A DNA stretch of 53,272 nucleotides from the NCBI RefSeq assembly GCF_001194135.2, contig NC_068981.1, positions 83,906,095 to 83,959,366 of the forward strand, read 5' to 3'. This stretch comes from Octopus bimaculoides (taxonomy: Eukaryota). The translations under genes and the position numbers were made by a program. Each line of letters starts with the position of its first letter. Positions within the stretch are counted from its first letter, which is position 1. Positions 1-13,377 of this stretch are shown here, one piece after another. The notes below the pieces were generated by a model. That model worked only from the letters and a program-made list of their open reading frames with translations, was not told the DNA's origin and did no database searches.

Positions 1-12
1 TATATATATATA

Positions 13-58
<46 letters not shown>

Positions 59-118
59 ATATATAATATATTCACACACACGCACTCATGTATATATACA
101 TACATATATAAAGGTATA

Positions 119-508
119 GCGCATGAGTGGCTGTGTGGTGAGAAGATTGTTTCCCAACAACATAATTCCGGGTTCAGTCCCACTGCATGGCACCTTATAC
201 AAGTGTCTTCTACTATAGACTCGGGCCGACTAAAGCCATGTGGGTGGATTTGGTAGACGGAAACTGAAAGAAGTCCGTCGTATATATATATGTGTTTGTG
301 TCTGTGTGTCTGTGCTTGTCCATCCATCATCGCTTGACAATCGATGTTGGTGTGTTTACGTCCTCGTAATATAGCGGGTCGGCAAAAAAAGACTGACAGA
401 ATAAGTACAGGCTTACAGGGAATAAGTTCTGGAGTCAATTTGTTCGACTAAAGGCGGTGCTCCATCATGGCCGCAGTCAACATGACTGAAACAAGTAAAT
501 AAGTAAAA
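119..508 (+). mobile_element. SINE family A (tRNA-derived, CORE-like), near full length
   Basis: A-box-like TGGCTGTGTGG, B-box-like GGTTCAGTCCC, CORE-like GGCACCTT..CAAGTGTCTTCTACTATAG, internal TA/TG tract and tail ATGACTGAAACAAGTAAA. The sequence recurs more than 10 times in the window. Confidence 0.9.
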
Positions 509-1381
509 TATATATATATATATGTATGTGTATATTTAAGCATATACGTGTGCATATACATATATATGTATATATATATGTATGCATATACATATATATG
601 TTTATATATGTGTGTATGTCTGTGTACGTGAGTGTGTGTATGTATATATATATATATATATATATACAGACAGACGGAAAATATATGTAAATGCAGACGA
701 ACTTCCATTTATATACATATGTACATGCACTCATCTATCCATCTATATATGTGTGTTTAAGCATACATACATACATACATACGTACGTACGTGCGTAGAT
801 ACATACATACAAACATACATACATACATGCATACATACATGCATATATACATACATACAAGCACACATGTTTGCATACATGCTTAGGTACGTACTACAAT
901 CAAGGTATAACTGTAATTTTCACAGATAGATAAACAAACGCGTCATCAGGCTGCATAGATAGGAAGTTATAGATTCCTTTATTTGAGAAGGTCATTACAA
1001 TAGCCCCTAAATCATTGCACACTCTCTTTTGATTTAAATATTCTTCCACGAAATGAACAGAAATAAGATTGATGGGAGAAAACCTAATGAAATGTGTCCA
1101 TCCGGTGAGTGAAATGTAGCTAGAGGTATGATGGCTCGTTTCTTTTTGAAACTTATTAATATATCCTGTATATTATTAAGTATTAAAATTCGATATTCTA
1201 AGTTCCAAAGTCTAGCAGGAGACCCATACACACGCACATACAACAAATACGCAATCACTCAAGTACATGAGTATATGAGTGTAGCCAACCCATGTGTGCG
1301 TGTGTATATATAAGTGTGTGCGTGTGCGTGTGTGTGTATACATGTGTGTACACATGAATGTATGTTTACATATATACATCC

Positions 1382-1425
<44 letters not shown>

Positions 1426-1640
1426 NNNNNNNNNNNNNNNNNNNNNNNNNNNNNNNNNNNNNNNNNNNNNNNNNNNNNNNNNNNNNNNNNNNNNNNNNNN
1501 NNNNNNNNNNNNNNNNNNNNNNNNNNNNNNNNNNNNNNNNNNNNNNNNNNNNNNNNNNNNNNNNNNNNNNNNNNNNNNNNNNNNNNNNNNNNNNNNNNNN
1601 NNNNNNNNNNNNNNNNNNNNNNNNNNNNNNNNNNNNNNNN

Positions 1641-1690
<50 letters not shown>

Positions 1691-2120
1691 AAGGAAGGAA
1701 AGGAATGCACACACAAAATGAAAGACCAACAGAAACAGTGAAATAATAATAATAATAATATATGAAGGGAAATATGAAATAGAATAAATGTGACTATGAA
1801 GTTTTTTCTATGCATGCATGGTTACCCGAATACTATCCAATATTTTTCAGCATGTAGGTAGTAAAAATAAAAACCAAAAAGCAGAAAGGAAGAAGTTATA
1901 AGTTAAATATAAACATATTTCAATATATGGAGTAAGTTTTTATTTGCAGCATAAATCACAGCACCCTTATGTCAATTATCGAATGACTCTGGAGTGTGTA
2001 CCGGTAGATGTCGGGATTGTGGTGAAGTTGAGATGGGGATTTTAAAACGTCGCTATTGTTCCAGTTTGGTGAGTGGAAAAAGGATTCCAACAGCTGCTAA
2101 TATTTCACTCAGTGTCTAGC

Positions 2121-2189
<69 letters not shown>
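2121..2189. repeat. (AAT)n microsatellite
   Basis: Direct reading. Confidence 0.97.
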
Positions 2190-2644
2190 TCTGTATTAAA
2201 TTATCGAATTGTTTTTGTTCGGATATTAAAATTATATTATTGTAATGGATATTAAACAATATACATCCATTGTCATTAACACTATTATAATTCAGCCAAT
2301 ATAAACAAAATCTGACACTGGCAATGACACTAAAGGTGTTGGCATGATAAAGAAGAAAATATAGATGATGATAAGGAGGAGGAGGAGGAGGAGGAGGAGG
2401 AAGGAGGGAAAACGTAGAAGAGATAAGACTATGAAATTTGTTCCTTTAGTTATGGTATTGCATTTGTGATAATTATTGCGACTCTATATAAATATATTTA
2501 ATGCGGCTCAGAGGCACACTGCGCACAAGTGTCTAAACTTCTTTCGCAGTATGTCAAGAACTAATGCATTTCCTTTTTTCATAATACATAGCTACACTCA
2601 TGAGTAAATAATTAAATAAAACTATATGTGTGGATGCAGGCATG

Positions 2645-2678
2645 TCCGTGCGTGTGCGTGTGCGTGTGCGTGCGTGCA

Positions 2679-2746
<68 letters not shown>
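2645..2746. repeat. (GTGC)n/(GT)n compound microsatellite
   Basis: Direct reading. Confidence 0.95.
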
Positions 2747-2748
<2 letters not shown>

Positions 2749-3109
2749 CTTGTGTGTCTGAGAGGTAGTTCCAGTAAACAGACCAGCGAAAGTTCTTTCA
2801 CCAGTCCATTGTCGTTGACCTCGTGCCAACCACACATTAACTAAAAATATTAAAATCTGAGGCATAGAAGAACAATCCTTCAAACATTATAGAGCAATTC
2901 TTTGGAATCCGAGTCAATGAGACATGGGGCTGTAACTCAACATGTTGCTTCATCTTTGTTGTGGTTTCAGAGATTGCAGCTAATGAAAGTACTCTCGGTA
3001 TGGTTTAACCAATTTAGTCCTCGTGAATCAGATGACCTATTACAGCTATGACTATCATTAAAGCTCTCGCAATCATTTAGAGGCTCCGGCTTTGCTATAG
3101 CAATTTTTT

Positions 3110-3315
3110 ATCCTTGTACCAAGAAAATTTTGATCGAAAAGGGCTAAGATCAAAGGCATTCTAGCCATTACATCAAATTTTCTTAATATACCAGGGACAT
3201 CGTTATCAAGTATGACGATTTTCTTTTCCATTTTTTGACGGATATTTTTGGATGTAATTTTAAGCTATTTTTGGTTACTATTTCTAGTAGGTCGAGCTAC
3301 GTTAGAGAGATTCTT
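3110..3315 (+). repeat. Probable interspersed repeat fragment, unclassified
   Basis: TTTGGTTACTATTTCTAGTAGGTCGAG resembles TTTGGCTGCTATTTTAGTTGG at about 37352 and an octopus repeat I recall. Confidence 0.35.
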
Positions 3316-3385
3316 TCGTTTTCTGACGTAGTTACATTTATGTAATAAGTGCAAATTAGCTTTACAGATTTTACTATCATATTTC

Positions 3386-3915
3386 GGCGGAATTCTGCAC
3401 GCCACATAACCTCTCATAACTTTTTTTTAATTTTTGGTATTTTCAGAAAATCTTTGCTAATTTGTGCTCTACACACGGAAAATTGCACGATTATGAAAAA
3501 AGTTTTTTTAATCTTTCGAAACTTTTGAAAATTTTTTAAGTTTTCGATTTTTTTTTAAGCACAGTTTAAAATACGGAGTGTTCGAGTTTTTAGCTTAAAT
3601 CCCAGCAAGAGACAATTAAATGTGTTTATGGGAAAAAAGATATTGAAAAGTATCAAACATGTCAGAGCAGCAAGAAAGGAGATGGGTATCAGATGGTTGT
3701 GAGATGTGCTAAAGATAACAGCTAAATGGCCATTAAATCACGCACAGAAAAAATCGTTTTATGGTTTTTGCATAGTGGTGTAAATTCTCTGTTAGTAGAA
3801 CACAGATTTGCAAAAGTTTTCAGAAAATACCAAAAAAAAAAATGTTAAGGGGGGGGGGGGTTACATGGCGTAGTTAAAGCAGAATTCTGCCCATATTTCT
3901 TGAACGCATTCCTTA
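3386..3915. mobile_element. MITE-like element with long imperfect terminal inverted repeats
   Basis: GGCGGAATTCTGC..CCACATAACC..TTTTTGGTATTTTCAGAAAA at the left end is the reverse complement of TTTTCAGAAAATACCAAAA..GGTTACATGGCG..GCAGAATTCTGCCC at the right end. No ORF inside. Confidence 0.7.
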
Positions 3916-4904
3916 TTTTAACTTTCTTTCGATTCACAATACCAAAAGAAATCTTTTGCATTGAAAACACCATTTAGTTACATATCTACACTGTAAACAA
4001 CGTTTAGTACGAAAGATTCCGTAACGAATGAGGAAACGGGTATGGCGCAAAGGTATGTGCCCAGTTGTATGGCAAGTTTAGTAGACTTAAAGAATGTAAT
4101 TTCATGTAATTGATGCTCAAAAGTATAAAATTACCATGTCCAATTATAAGCACCATTCTGCTCAAAATATATGTTTGCACATGGGAAAACGGTTTGCTAC
4201 AGTGTCAAGCAATAATTGATATCCACTGATAAGGAAGAACTACGAGATTTTTATTTTTTTTACTCTTTTCTTAGAGATGTTATCTTTTTAACCTTGCAAA
4301 ATACATCCCGTATAAAATAAATACAAATTCAATTAGTAGCGGAAAAAGTTTTCCATTTTGTTTATGGTACTACTTAACGTAATGCTGTTAGATGTAAAGG
4401 GCACCGATTTTAGGACGTTTCTAAGAGTAGGAGTGATAACATGAGATATTCTTTAGTATGCAGAGTTACACTGATTTATGTGAGCTATTTTCTTTTTAAA
4501 GCCTATTTTAAGGAATGTCGGCTGAAACCTTTTTATTTCTATTATTATTTCACCCCCCCCCCTCCTACTTCAAATAGGCTTGTCTGCAGTGGGACCATCT
4601 TAAATTTACAAAATCCGCAAGCTTTCACTATTCGTCCATTAATTATAATTATGATCTTCTACAAACATATAATTTTAGTATCCTAGTGGTGGAACTCTTT
4701 CCCTGATATTCCAGCCCATCATCACTAAAATATTACCTTACTCTTAATGTTAATAGCAAATTAAAACATAAATACAATAAAGATATTTGGGTATTATGAA
4801 GTCATTTTACTTTGAATTTTGCCAAGAAAATTGCTAGTTCGAAAACATTATGAGCATGCAATTTTAAAATTCGAAACAAAATGGCTTGTACAAAAGTTTT
4901 GTAC

Positions 4905-5069
4905 AAGGCCAGCAATTTCGGGAAAGTGACTAACTCGAATACATTGACCCCAATGTTTAAGAGGGTCTCATTTTATCGACCCCTAAAGGATAAATGACAA
5001 AGTCGACCTCGTTGAAATGCAGCTAAACATTTTGTCCGGCGTGCAAAAGACTCTGCCAGTTTGCCGCCT
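4905..5069 (-). mobile_element. SINE family B, diverged
   Basis: Reverse complement of the GGCGGCGAGCTGGCAGA head and the GTCGACTTTGCCTTTCATCCTTTCGGGGTCGATAAAA body. Confidence 0.8.
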
Positions 5070-5419
5070 TCAATATTATTGAATCGCAATCTATTGTTTG
5101 AAGAATTGAGTCAACACGTTGTCATGGTGCGATAAAGGAGAAATTAGCTACAATACAAACATGCAAAACAGGCAATGAGATAGAAGGAGAAAACTAAGAG
5201 TGGTCCAAAGCGGGTGGCGAACGAGGATTTCAGTTCGGTGCCTGGAGCAACACCGTTACAAATGATACTAAAATGTTTAGATTAAACTGCGTGAAAGAGT
5301 CCTAGTAAAATCAAAACATGACAAACGTTGTCATTACTGCTAAATATCTGACTTACACTCACTGCAGCCCATATTAATATGTAATTTATAAGCAAGTAGG
5401 ATTCTGAAATAAAGATTTA

Positions 5420-5742
5420 GCGCGTGACTTAATGGTTAGGTTATTAGGTCCTCGATCGTAATATAGCGAGTTTGATTCGAGTCAACACGTTCTGTTCTTG
5501 GGCAAAACATTTTATTTTGCGTTGCTCCAGTCCACTCAGTTGGTAGAAAATTAGTTGTGTCTGTAATTCAAGGGGCTAGCTTTATCACATTTTGTGTCGT
5601 GCTGAATTACCCTGAGAACAACGTCAAGGGCACGCGTGTTTGTGAAGCGATCAGTCACTTGAACGTTAATTTCACGAGCAGGCTGTTCTGTTGATCGCAT
5701 CAATTGGAACCCTTATCGTCGTAACCGACGGAGTGCCAGTAG
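5420..5742 (+). mobile_element. SINE family C (tRNA head, CORE-like TTCTTGGGCAAAACA)
   Basis: A-box-like TGACTTAATGG, B-box-like GTTTGATTC and body GTTGCTCCAGTCCACTCAG; a related antisense copy lies at 37905-38045. Confidence 0.7.
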
Positions 5743-5794
5743 GTGCGAATGTACGTATATAAAAATAGATGTGTATATACATGTACATACATAA

Positions 5795-5842
<48 letters not shown>

Positions 5843-6555
5843 ATTTGTGTGTAGGGGGTACGTGTGTATATGTATTTACGCATGTACATATGTACTTATG
5901 TACGCATGTACACTTAAGTTTTGCAAAAGCAGTAAGTTGCTATTCAATAATTTGTAGAGCTAATCATTCGAATATCGAGATGTTTCCACTCCGTTGCCTA
6001 CAAGAACTAGCAATTTACTTAGAAAACTTAAAAGTAAAATAACAACACAATTCCCAAGATAATGTTGATATCATTTTATAAAGAAGAAAGTCATACTTAC
6101 AAATAAACTCTAAAGGCCAGCCTCGTCATACGCTGTGAAGCTAATTCTGTTCGATTATTTTAAAAGAAAAGGCCTGTTTGGATTACACAGCCACTTTCAG
6201 TGTAATTCGATGAGTAGACACATAACTTGAATGAGTTGGTATAGTTAACGGAAGAAAGGATGAAGCATATAAAAAAAAGAAACAGCATATAATAAAATAC
6301 ATAAAATTGTTGGATTATATCTTCGCTTGTTTGCATTTGTATCGTCTCTCTAACTGCTTGTGAGTGAGTGTGCTTTTGTGAGTGTGCATATGTGCGAGCG
6401 CATGTGTATGCATGTATGTATTATTCTTGAAACTGATGCACTATTGAAAGCCTGCTAAATTGCGATATTCATTCTGAACGCATATATCCATGCATCGCTT
6501 ATAGGCATATAGCGATAAAAATACTGAGGTATATCGGTCACGAACGAATTTCGTC

Positions 6556-6671
6556 CAGCGGTGGTGGTATCAATACTAAATCGCATTTTAGCCTCCTTGC
6601 TCTTTGTTAGTAGCAAGTATCAAAATTCTCCGGTACTGATATTGAAAAACGGTATTGGTATATCATTGCTG
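6556..6671. mobile_element. Possible short MITE remnant
   Basis: CAGCGGTGGTGGTATCAATAC versus the reverse complement of the right end, CAGCAATGATATACCAATACC; no 8-bp TSD found. Confidence 0.3.
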
Positions 6672-6798
6672 TAGTAATTAGCCAACAGGTTGAAAAGAAA
6701 TTTTTTACCTACATTATTTACAATGTAGATAAATAACCAAAGGGCATTTTCGGCGCACAAGATTTCTTTTGGTATTGTGAATCGAAAAAAAGTTAGGG

Positions 6799-7052
6799 TA
6801 AGGTATGCGTTCAAGAAATATGGGCAGGATTCTGCTATACGAACGTTATATAACCTCTCATAGCTTTTTCTTTTTTTTTTTTAACTTTAAGAAAAGTTCT
6901 GCGAATTTATACACACGGTGAGTGAAACGATTATGCAAAAACCAAAAACAATTTTTCTGATGGGTGATTTAATGGCTATTTAGTTGTTATCTTTAGCGCA
7001 TCTCACGATAACCTGATACCTCCCTCGTTTCTTTGCCACTGACGTATTTGAT
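6799..7052 (-). mobile_element. Second, partial copy of the 3386-3915 element, inverted
   Basis: GCGTTCAAGAAATATGGGCAGGATTCTGC..GATTTAATGGCTATTTAGTTGTTATCTTTAGCGCATCTCAC matches the reverse complement of about 3650-3915. Confidence 0.8.
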
Positions 7053-7595
7053 TAATGAAAATTTTTACAAGCAGTATTGATTTAAAATAGACATGTCTGT
7101 GTACGGGCGCGTGCTTCTGGTTGTCACCACTTGAAAAATCGGGGATCGTTTGTTTACATCCGTGTAATTCTATCATAAGGAGATCAATATTGGAGTCAGT
7201 TTGTCCCAATAAGCTCTGCAGTTCAATAACTGCAACAAGTAACAAAAATTAAAGCTTACCAGAGCAAATTAAAAACTAAAATTTAAAAAAAAACCTACAA
7301 TTATCAGATTTTACGTTTAATTTTGCAATGAAAATTGCAACATTTTAGAATCAGCGGATTGTGAACACATAATATTAAGATTCGAATCTAAAAGACAAAA
7401 TAAAATACAGATTTTTGAATAATAATCTACTGCTTCTGTCAACTTCAAGTCTTTTTCCACTAATGAGACTCTATCACTTTTTGCTTTTCTCTCTTTCTCG
7501 CCCACTCAAACTTGCTTTAATCATGCATTTATATATTTATTTATACATATATTATATGTATACATATATACATAGATGCATACATGCACAAGTAT

Positions 7596-7647
<52 letters not shown>

Positions 7648-7648
7648 T
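7596..7648. repeat. (GATA)n microsatellite
   Basis: Direct reading. Confidence 0.97.
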
Positions 7649-8430
7649 ACCCTCACACATTCGGGCACATACGCGTACATGTCTCTCTAATTATATATCC
7701 GTGTGTCTGTGTGCGGGTATGTGTGTATACATGTGTGTGTGTGTATACATGTGTGTGTGTGTATATGTGTGTGTGTGCGTGCCTGTGTGTGTGTGCATGT
7801 GATTTTATGTATATATACTTTGTACATATGCAGATCTGTATAGATTTGTGTTTGTAGTTGTCGGGCCTGGTGTATGAATAATTTTATGTATGTAAAGCTT
7901 GTCTGTATTTGTCACCAAGACAAGGAAGACGGCAATGCATTCATCACGCATGAAGGGCTTCGATGTAAATGAAGTTAAAGTCAAGGCTAGATCATGCATG
8001 CTAAAAATTATGCAGAGCGGATAATTGCTATTTGAAAATCAGATCCATTCGTTGCTTTCACCAGCGGGCGCTGTTTTGCATGCTTCCATAACCAATTTCC
8101 TAAAAAGAAAAGAATATAGACTTTCATTTCAAGTGATTTTTAACAATTGTTGGCATCTATTAGACACTGAAAATTAATGTATAATATAACGATGCATAAT
8201 GTTAGTGTATTTTGTATTGCTTTATATGCGCCTATATATGTGTATTAAGTATATATGAGTATAGATTCTAACACAGATTTTTACATGAGAAAATCTTCCA
8301 TGAAATATAGGCATCAACTTATTTTAACGTCTCGTATATTTTACTGTATGGTTTATCATCGCAGACTCACTGTTACATATACAAATGCACATATACGCGC
8401 GCAAGCACATACCTACATGTTTGCTATATA

Positions 8431-8483
<53 letters not shown>

Positions 8484-8758
8484 CTGTATATATCTAAGTA
8501 ATTATATTTCTGTCTCTCAATATATGTGTATGTATATAGTAATATATGTAGTTATGTGTATATGTATGCATGTAAGTATGTATATACTTATGTAAATATA
8601 TACCTATATATGTGTGTGTTTGTGTGCAATGCTTATATTTATTAACTATAAATGTGTTGGTATATATGCACTTATGTATTTACATATACTGTTTCTGTAT
8701 AAAGATTTGCGTATATACATGTATATACATTATATACAATATACGTATATACATGTTT

Positions 8759-8763
<5 letters not shown>

Positions 8764-8849
<86 letters not shown>

Positions 8850-8850
8850 A
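8764..8850. repeat. (TA)n then (TATG)n microsatellite
   Basis: Direct reading. Confidence 0.97.
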
Positions 8851-9439
8851 TTTGTGTGTGTATGTGTGCGTGCATTTATGTACGCAGGTATTTATGTATA
8901 TGTTCTATCTTTCTGTGTATATATATATACTCGACCGTAAGCCTCCTTTTTCTTGACATAAATTGACGTCCTTTTCATGAAGCCAAATATTTTTTCTTAG
9001 CAATGATTATAGAGGTAGCGCTGTGCTCTTCTGTTATTTACCAATTGAATGATTTAACTTAATAACGTGCGAGTAAACGTATCTCTGTAGTGTAAATCTC
9101 ATCTTCATGTGATGATTCTCATTATATTTCCTTGTGTTTAATATTATTCTTTTCAGTAGCTAGGAAATAAAAAGACGAAAAACCAGTAAATCCGATATCG
9201 TGTTTGATGGAAAAAGTGTCTTCCATATCTAGATACTCATTTTTAAATAGAACGTTAAACGAAAGTTTGCAGTATTTTGGATATTATTCAAGATTATTGA
9301 AAAGTATTCCGTTCAAACTATTGCAGATCATGGTTGCACAAAGGTATATGGAAGAACTCGCGGAAGGTTGATAGTTGAGATATCAGCATTACGTAGACTA
9401 GAAGCGGAGGAAATACCGATTTCATATTTTACCACAATG

Positions 9440-9605
9440 CCAGCAATTTTGGGAGAGAGGTTACGTCGATTACATCGACCCCAGCACTCAAATGCTACAT
9501 ATTTTATCGACCCCGAAAAGATAAAAGGTAAAGTCAACTTCGACGAAATTTCAACTCAGAACGTAAAGACGGACGAAATGTGGGTAAGGATTCGGCCAGC
9601 TCATC
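9440..9605 (-). mobile_element. SINE family B, diverged
   Basis: GTCGATTACATCGACCCCAG..TTTTATCGACCCCGAAAAGATAAAAGGTAAAGTCAAC is the antisense B body; this explains ORF 9368-9622. Confidence 0.85.
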
Positions 9606-10540
9606 GCTCTAGGAGTGGATAAAACATTAAAAATGAAAGCAAGCAAGTGCTCAGAGCCCGAGTGAAAGGCGGCATGAGAAAGTTTTCTCCTTTTCCGGAT
9701 TTATTAACTTACAAATGGTATGCGTCTTTGGTTGTTTAGTTCATAGAAACGTTTGTGTATTGGACACGAAGCTATATACTACTTGACTCAATCTCTGTTC
9801 AAATTGTATATCATTAGATTATTACTAGCAATAAACTGTAAATAATGTACTAGAATCTCATCCTTCTCATCTCTCTCTCTCTCTCTCTNNNNNNNNNNNN
9901 NNNNNNNNNNNNNNNNNNNNNNNNNNNNNNNNNNNNNNNNNNNNNNNNNNNNNNNNNNNNNNNNNNNNNNNNNNNNNNNNNNNNNNNNNNNNNNNNNNNN
10001 NNNNNNNNNNNNNNNNNNNNNNNNNNNNNNNNNNNNNNNNNNNNNNNNNNNNNNNNNNNNNNNNNNNNNNNNNNNNNNNNNNNNNNNNNNNNNNNNNNNN
10101 NNNNNNNNNNNNNNNNNNNNNNNNNNNNNNNNNNNNNNNNNNNNNNNNNNNNNNNNNNNNNNNNNNNNNNNNNNNNNNNNNNNNNNNNNNNNNNNNNNNN
10201 NNNNNNNNNNNNNNNNNNNNNNNNNNNNNNNNNNNNNNNNNNNNNNNNNNNNNNNNNNNNNNNNNNNNNNNNNNNNNNNNNNNNNNNNNNNNNNNNNNNN
10301 NNNNNNNNNNNNNNNNNNNNNNNNNNNNNNNNNNNNNNNNNNNNNNNNNNNNNNNNNNNNNNNNNNNNNNNNNNNNNNNNNNNNNNNNNNNNNNNNNNNN
10401 NNTATATATATTGTTGTATTTCGGGATGGTCATTTTATTTATTTTATTTTTTCTGCAAAATAAACACACGCACTATATTTTCTTTCTTCCCTCGTTTATT
10501 ACCGCTATTTTTATTTATTTATTTTAGCACCTATCCATTG

Positions 10541-10582
10541 TCCGAAAATCTTTCGTCGCCCGTCAGTGACCTCTTCAGCGAT
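10541..10582 (-). ncRNA. Hammerhead-ribozyme-like motif (type I, degenerate)
   Basis: Minus strand reads ATCG-CTGAAGA-G-GTCAC(TGACGG)GCGAC-GAAA-GATTTT-CGGA. Stem II has 4 of 5 pairs; stems I and III are weak. Confidence 0.5.
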
Positions 10583-10703
10583 ACTTTTCGTTTCTCCTTT
10601 TCGTTATTGCCCCACTTACTCCATTCTGTTCTTCTAAGACATGTATCCTTATGTGTGCATGCGTTTGTGTCCTTGTGTGCGTGTATGTGTGTGTGTGTGT
10701 GTA

Positions 10704-10742
<39 letters not shown>

Positions 10743-13377
10743 TACAGGCAGACAAACAGAGACAGAGAGAGTAAAGTGAACATGCCGTGTTGAATGAAAA
10801 AATTCAAATGCTTCGAATAGAGTGCTTTTTCAGGAAAAACTTGAAAAGAGTGTCGAGGCATTTAAAGCGGTAATATTTTAAGGTATTCACAATAGCTGCA
10901 TATCAATATGTTATAAACTAAAATATGTATCTACCACTACTTCTCGTAATCTTTGTTTCAGCTTCTTTGTTTCTCTCTCTTTCACCCTCTTTTCATACTC
11001 CCTCCCTGTCTTTTTATCTCTCATTCTCTCCCCGATTGAATCGGTGACATAATATACATACATACATACATGCATGCTTGTATTTATGTGTGTGCGCGTG
11101 TGCGCGTGCGTGTGTGTGTAAACACATTCATACATACAGGCAAATTACAAATACACTTTCACTCTTTCTTTCTCTCTCCCGCTATCTCTCTCTCTCTCAC
11201 ACACACACTAATGTATTTCTCCGTATATACATATACACATTAGCGCACACGCGTACACACACGTACACATACACACACGTACACATACACACACGTACGC
11301 ATACACAAAACGTCCTTTGATATCTTCTCCTATATATGTCAGTAAACCTATGTTGTAACAAGTAACAACTATTTATCACATACTTCTTTAATTACACATT
11401 CACGTTCTTTTTCACTTTTCATTTAATTTTTCTTTGTATTATTTCTGTTTACTTTTTATTCCTTAATTAACGTCTGATTTTATTTGCATTTTTCTCGTTT
11501 TACAATATCACACCCAAATTTTTCCATCATTATTCTTTCCGACATCTGTTCTCATTTCAAGTTAAAGAACCAGTCTCTTAAAACCTTCAGTGATATTTCC
11601 GTGGAAAAGTAAAGTTACAAGTAAAAGAAATAACAAATGGGATATTTATCATTTTAATAGCTGTGGCAATGTGATACAGCGAAAAACATGAAAACGCTTT
11701 TCTCTATTTCTTTCACTCTTCCTCGTTTACATTTTTCCCTTAAACTTTTAATTTACATCGAATGAAATGAGATGAAAACCCCCATACAGAATGTTTCCTT
11801 CTCAGTTTGCATACTTCATCAGTCGATTCAGGGATGTCTTTCACCACACGTAAGATAATGCTATGGTAACGCAGTTTAGAAATTCAACAGAATCACCCGT
11901 ATTACTTGCAACAGCCGATCAATGCTACATCGGATTAAATTGGCAATTTAGAACTAGCTGAAATACCAGACCTCTTAAAAAAAGAAAAACCTCTCATGAC
12001 CCGACAGTCGTTTATTTTTATTTATATTTTTCATGATGTTGGAAATAGGCGGGATTTTGTAAATGAATGGCGCAATACATTAAAGACAAATGAAAAGATA
12101 TATATATATATANNNNNNNNNNNNNNNNNNNNNNNNNNNNNNNNNNNNNNNNNNNNNNNNNNNNNNNNNNNNNNNNNNNNNNNNNNNNNNNNNNNNNNNN
12201 NNNNNNNNNNNNNNNNNNNNNNNNNNNNNNNNNNNNNNNNNNNNNNNNNNNNNNNNNNNNNNNNNNNNNNNNNNNNNNNNNNNTATATAATATATATGTA
12301 TGTACGTATGTATGTATGTATGTATGTATGTATGCATATGTTTATATATATATGTATAAGACAGAGAAAATTAGAAGGCACGTGTCCGTCTTTCATAAAG
12401 GCACTAGTAGGCGGGGAAAGTAATAAATTAAATTCACTCTCTTAATTGGCTGAAATATCTTAAACATGTGTTACTCACGTGACTACGCCTAATACAAGGA
12501 ATGTGAAAAACACACACACATTGATAAGAGCATTTTCAATAGGAATTATTTCTGTTGACTGGATATAGGTCACTCCATATAGAAGAGGGGCTAAACAGAT
12601 GAAAAGGAACTCTATGAAATACCGATGCATATCGAAGAGAAAGAAACAAAATATACGTGATCGTTTGGCCTGCTTCAAATTATAAAAAGAAACCGGTCAA
12701 TTGCATTATACAATTCTAGGTTGACAAAGATGCATGACAAATGGATGGATGGTCTGTTGCAACGTATTTTCCCATGAATATAATCAACTACTGACACTTA
12801 TGTCATCAGTCCCCGCGAGACAATTGAGGCTTGGCAGTATTTGAGTTTGAATATGGTATCAAAAGTATCAAAGTTAAGCATAGCAATTGATGGTTACTTG
12901 TTTTGCATAAATAGACACTATTCAAATATTTTGGGATTACCTTGTACTATTTGCCCCAGTTTTCTGTATTTGAAGTTGAAATCACGCACAGGTCAACATT
13001 GTCTTTCAACCTTTCAATAGATTGTTCATCCAAGAGGCGCTGGATTAACGATTAAGCAAAGTACGTGCTTAAGACATCAAGAAGTGATAAATTGTATACA
13101 GCACTAAGAGAAATCACTTTAAAGTAACTAAAATTATATTCGAAGCGGTTTATATATGTTGAGAAATATAATTTCGAAGTGTTCAAGGTGTCATAGTGAG
13201 AGTCTGATTAAAGACTTTGCATTTTAAAAAAGTAGGCGAAAGATTTTCAAATATAAATTAAGTGAAAGTATACAAAAACAAATATTATTTTCCCTCTTTT
13301 GTTAATTTTGCTTCATTTTGAAAAGTATAAAGTTATTTTATGGTTTATGATTGTTTATATTTTGAATTATATGTATA

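Noticed and set aside
925-960. Minus-strand CTGATGA near AAACGCGTCA
   Set aside because: No stem II pairing and no correctly placed GAAA or stem I.
4885-4907. Perfect inverted repeat CTTGTACAAAA-G-TTTTGTACAAG
   Set aside because: It lies in the diverged tail of a SINE B copy, has a 1-nt loop and is probably chance; no evidence of a recombination site or terminator.
9368-9622. 84-aa ORF with ordinary-looking composition
   Set aside because: It is the antisense reading of SINE B; similar peptides recur at other SINE copies.
11780-11830. Minus-strand CTGATGA..GAAAC
   Set aside because: Neither stem I nor stem II pairs.
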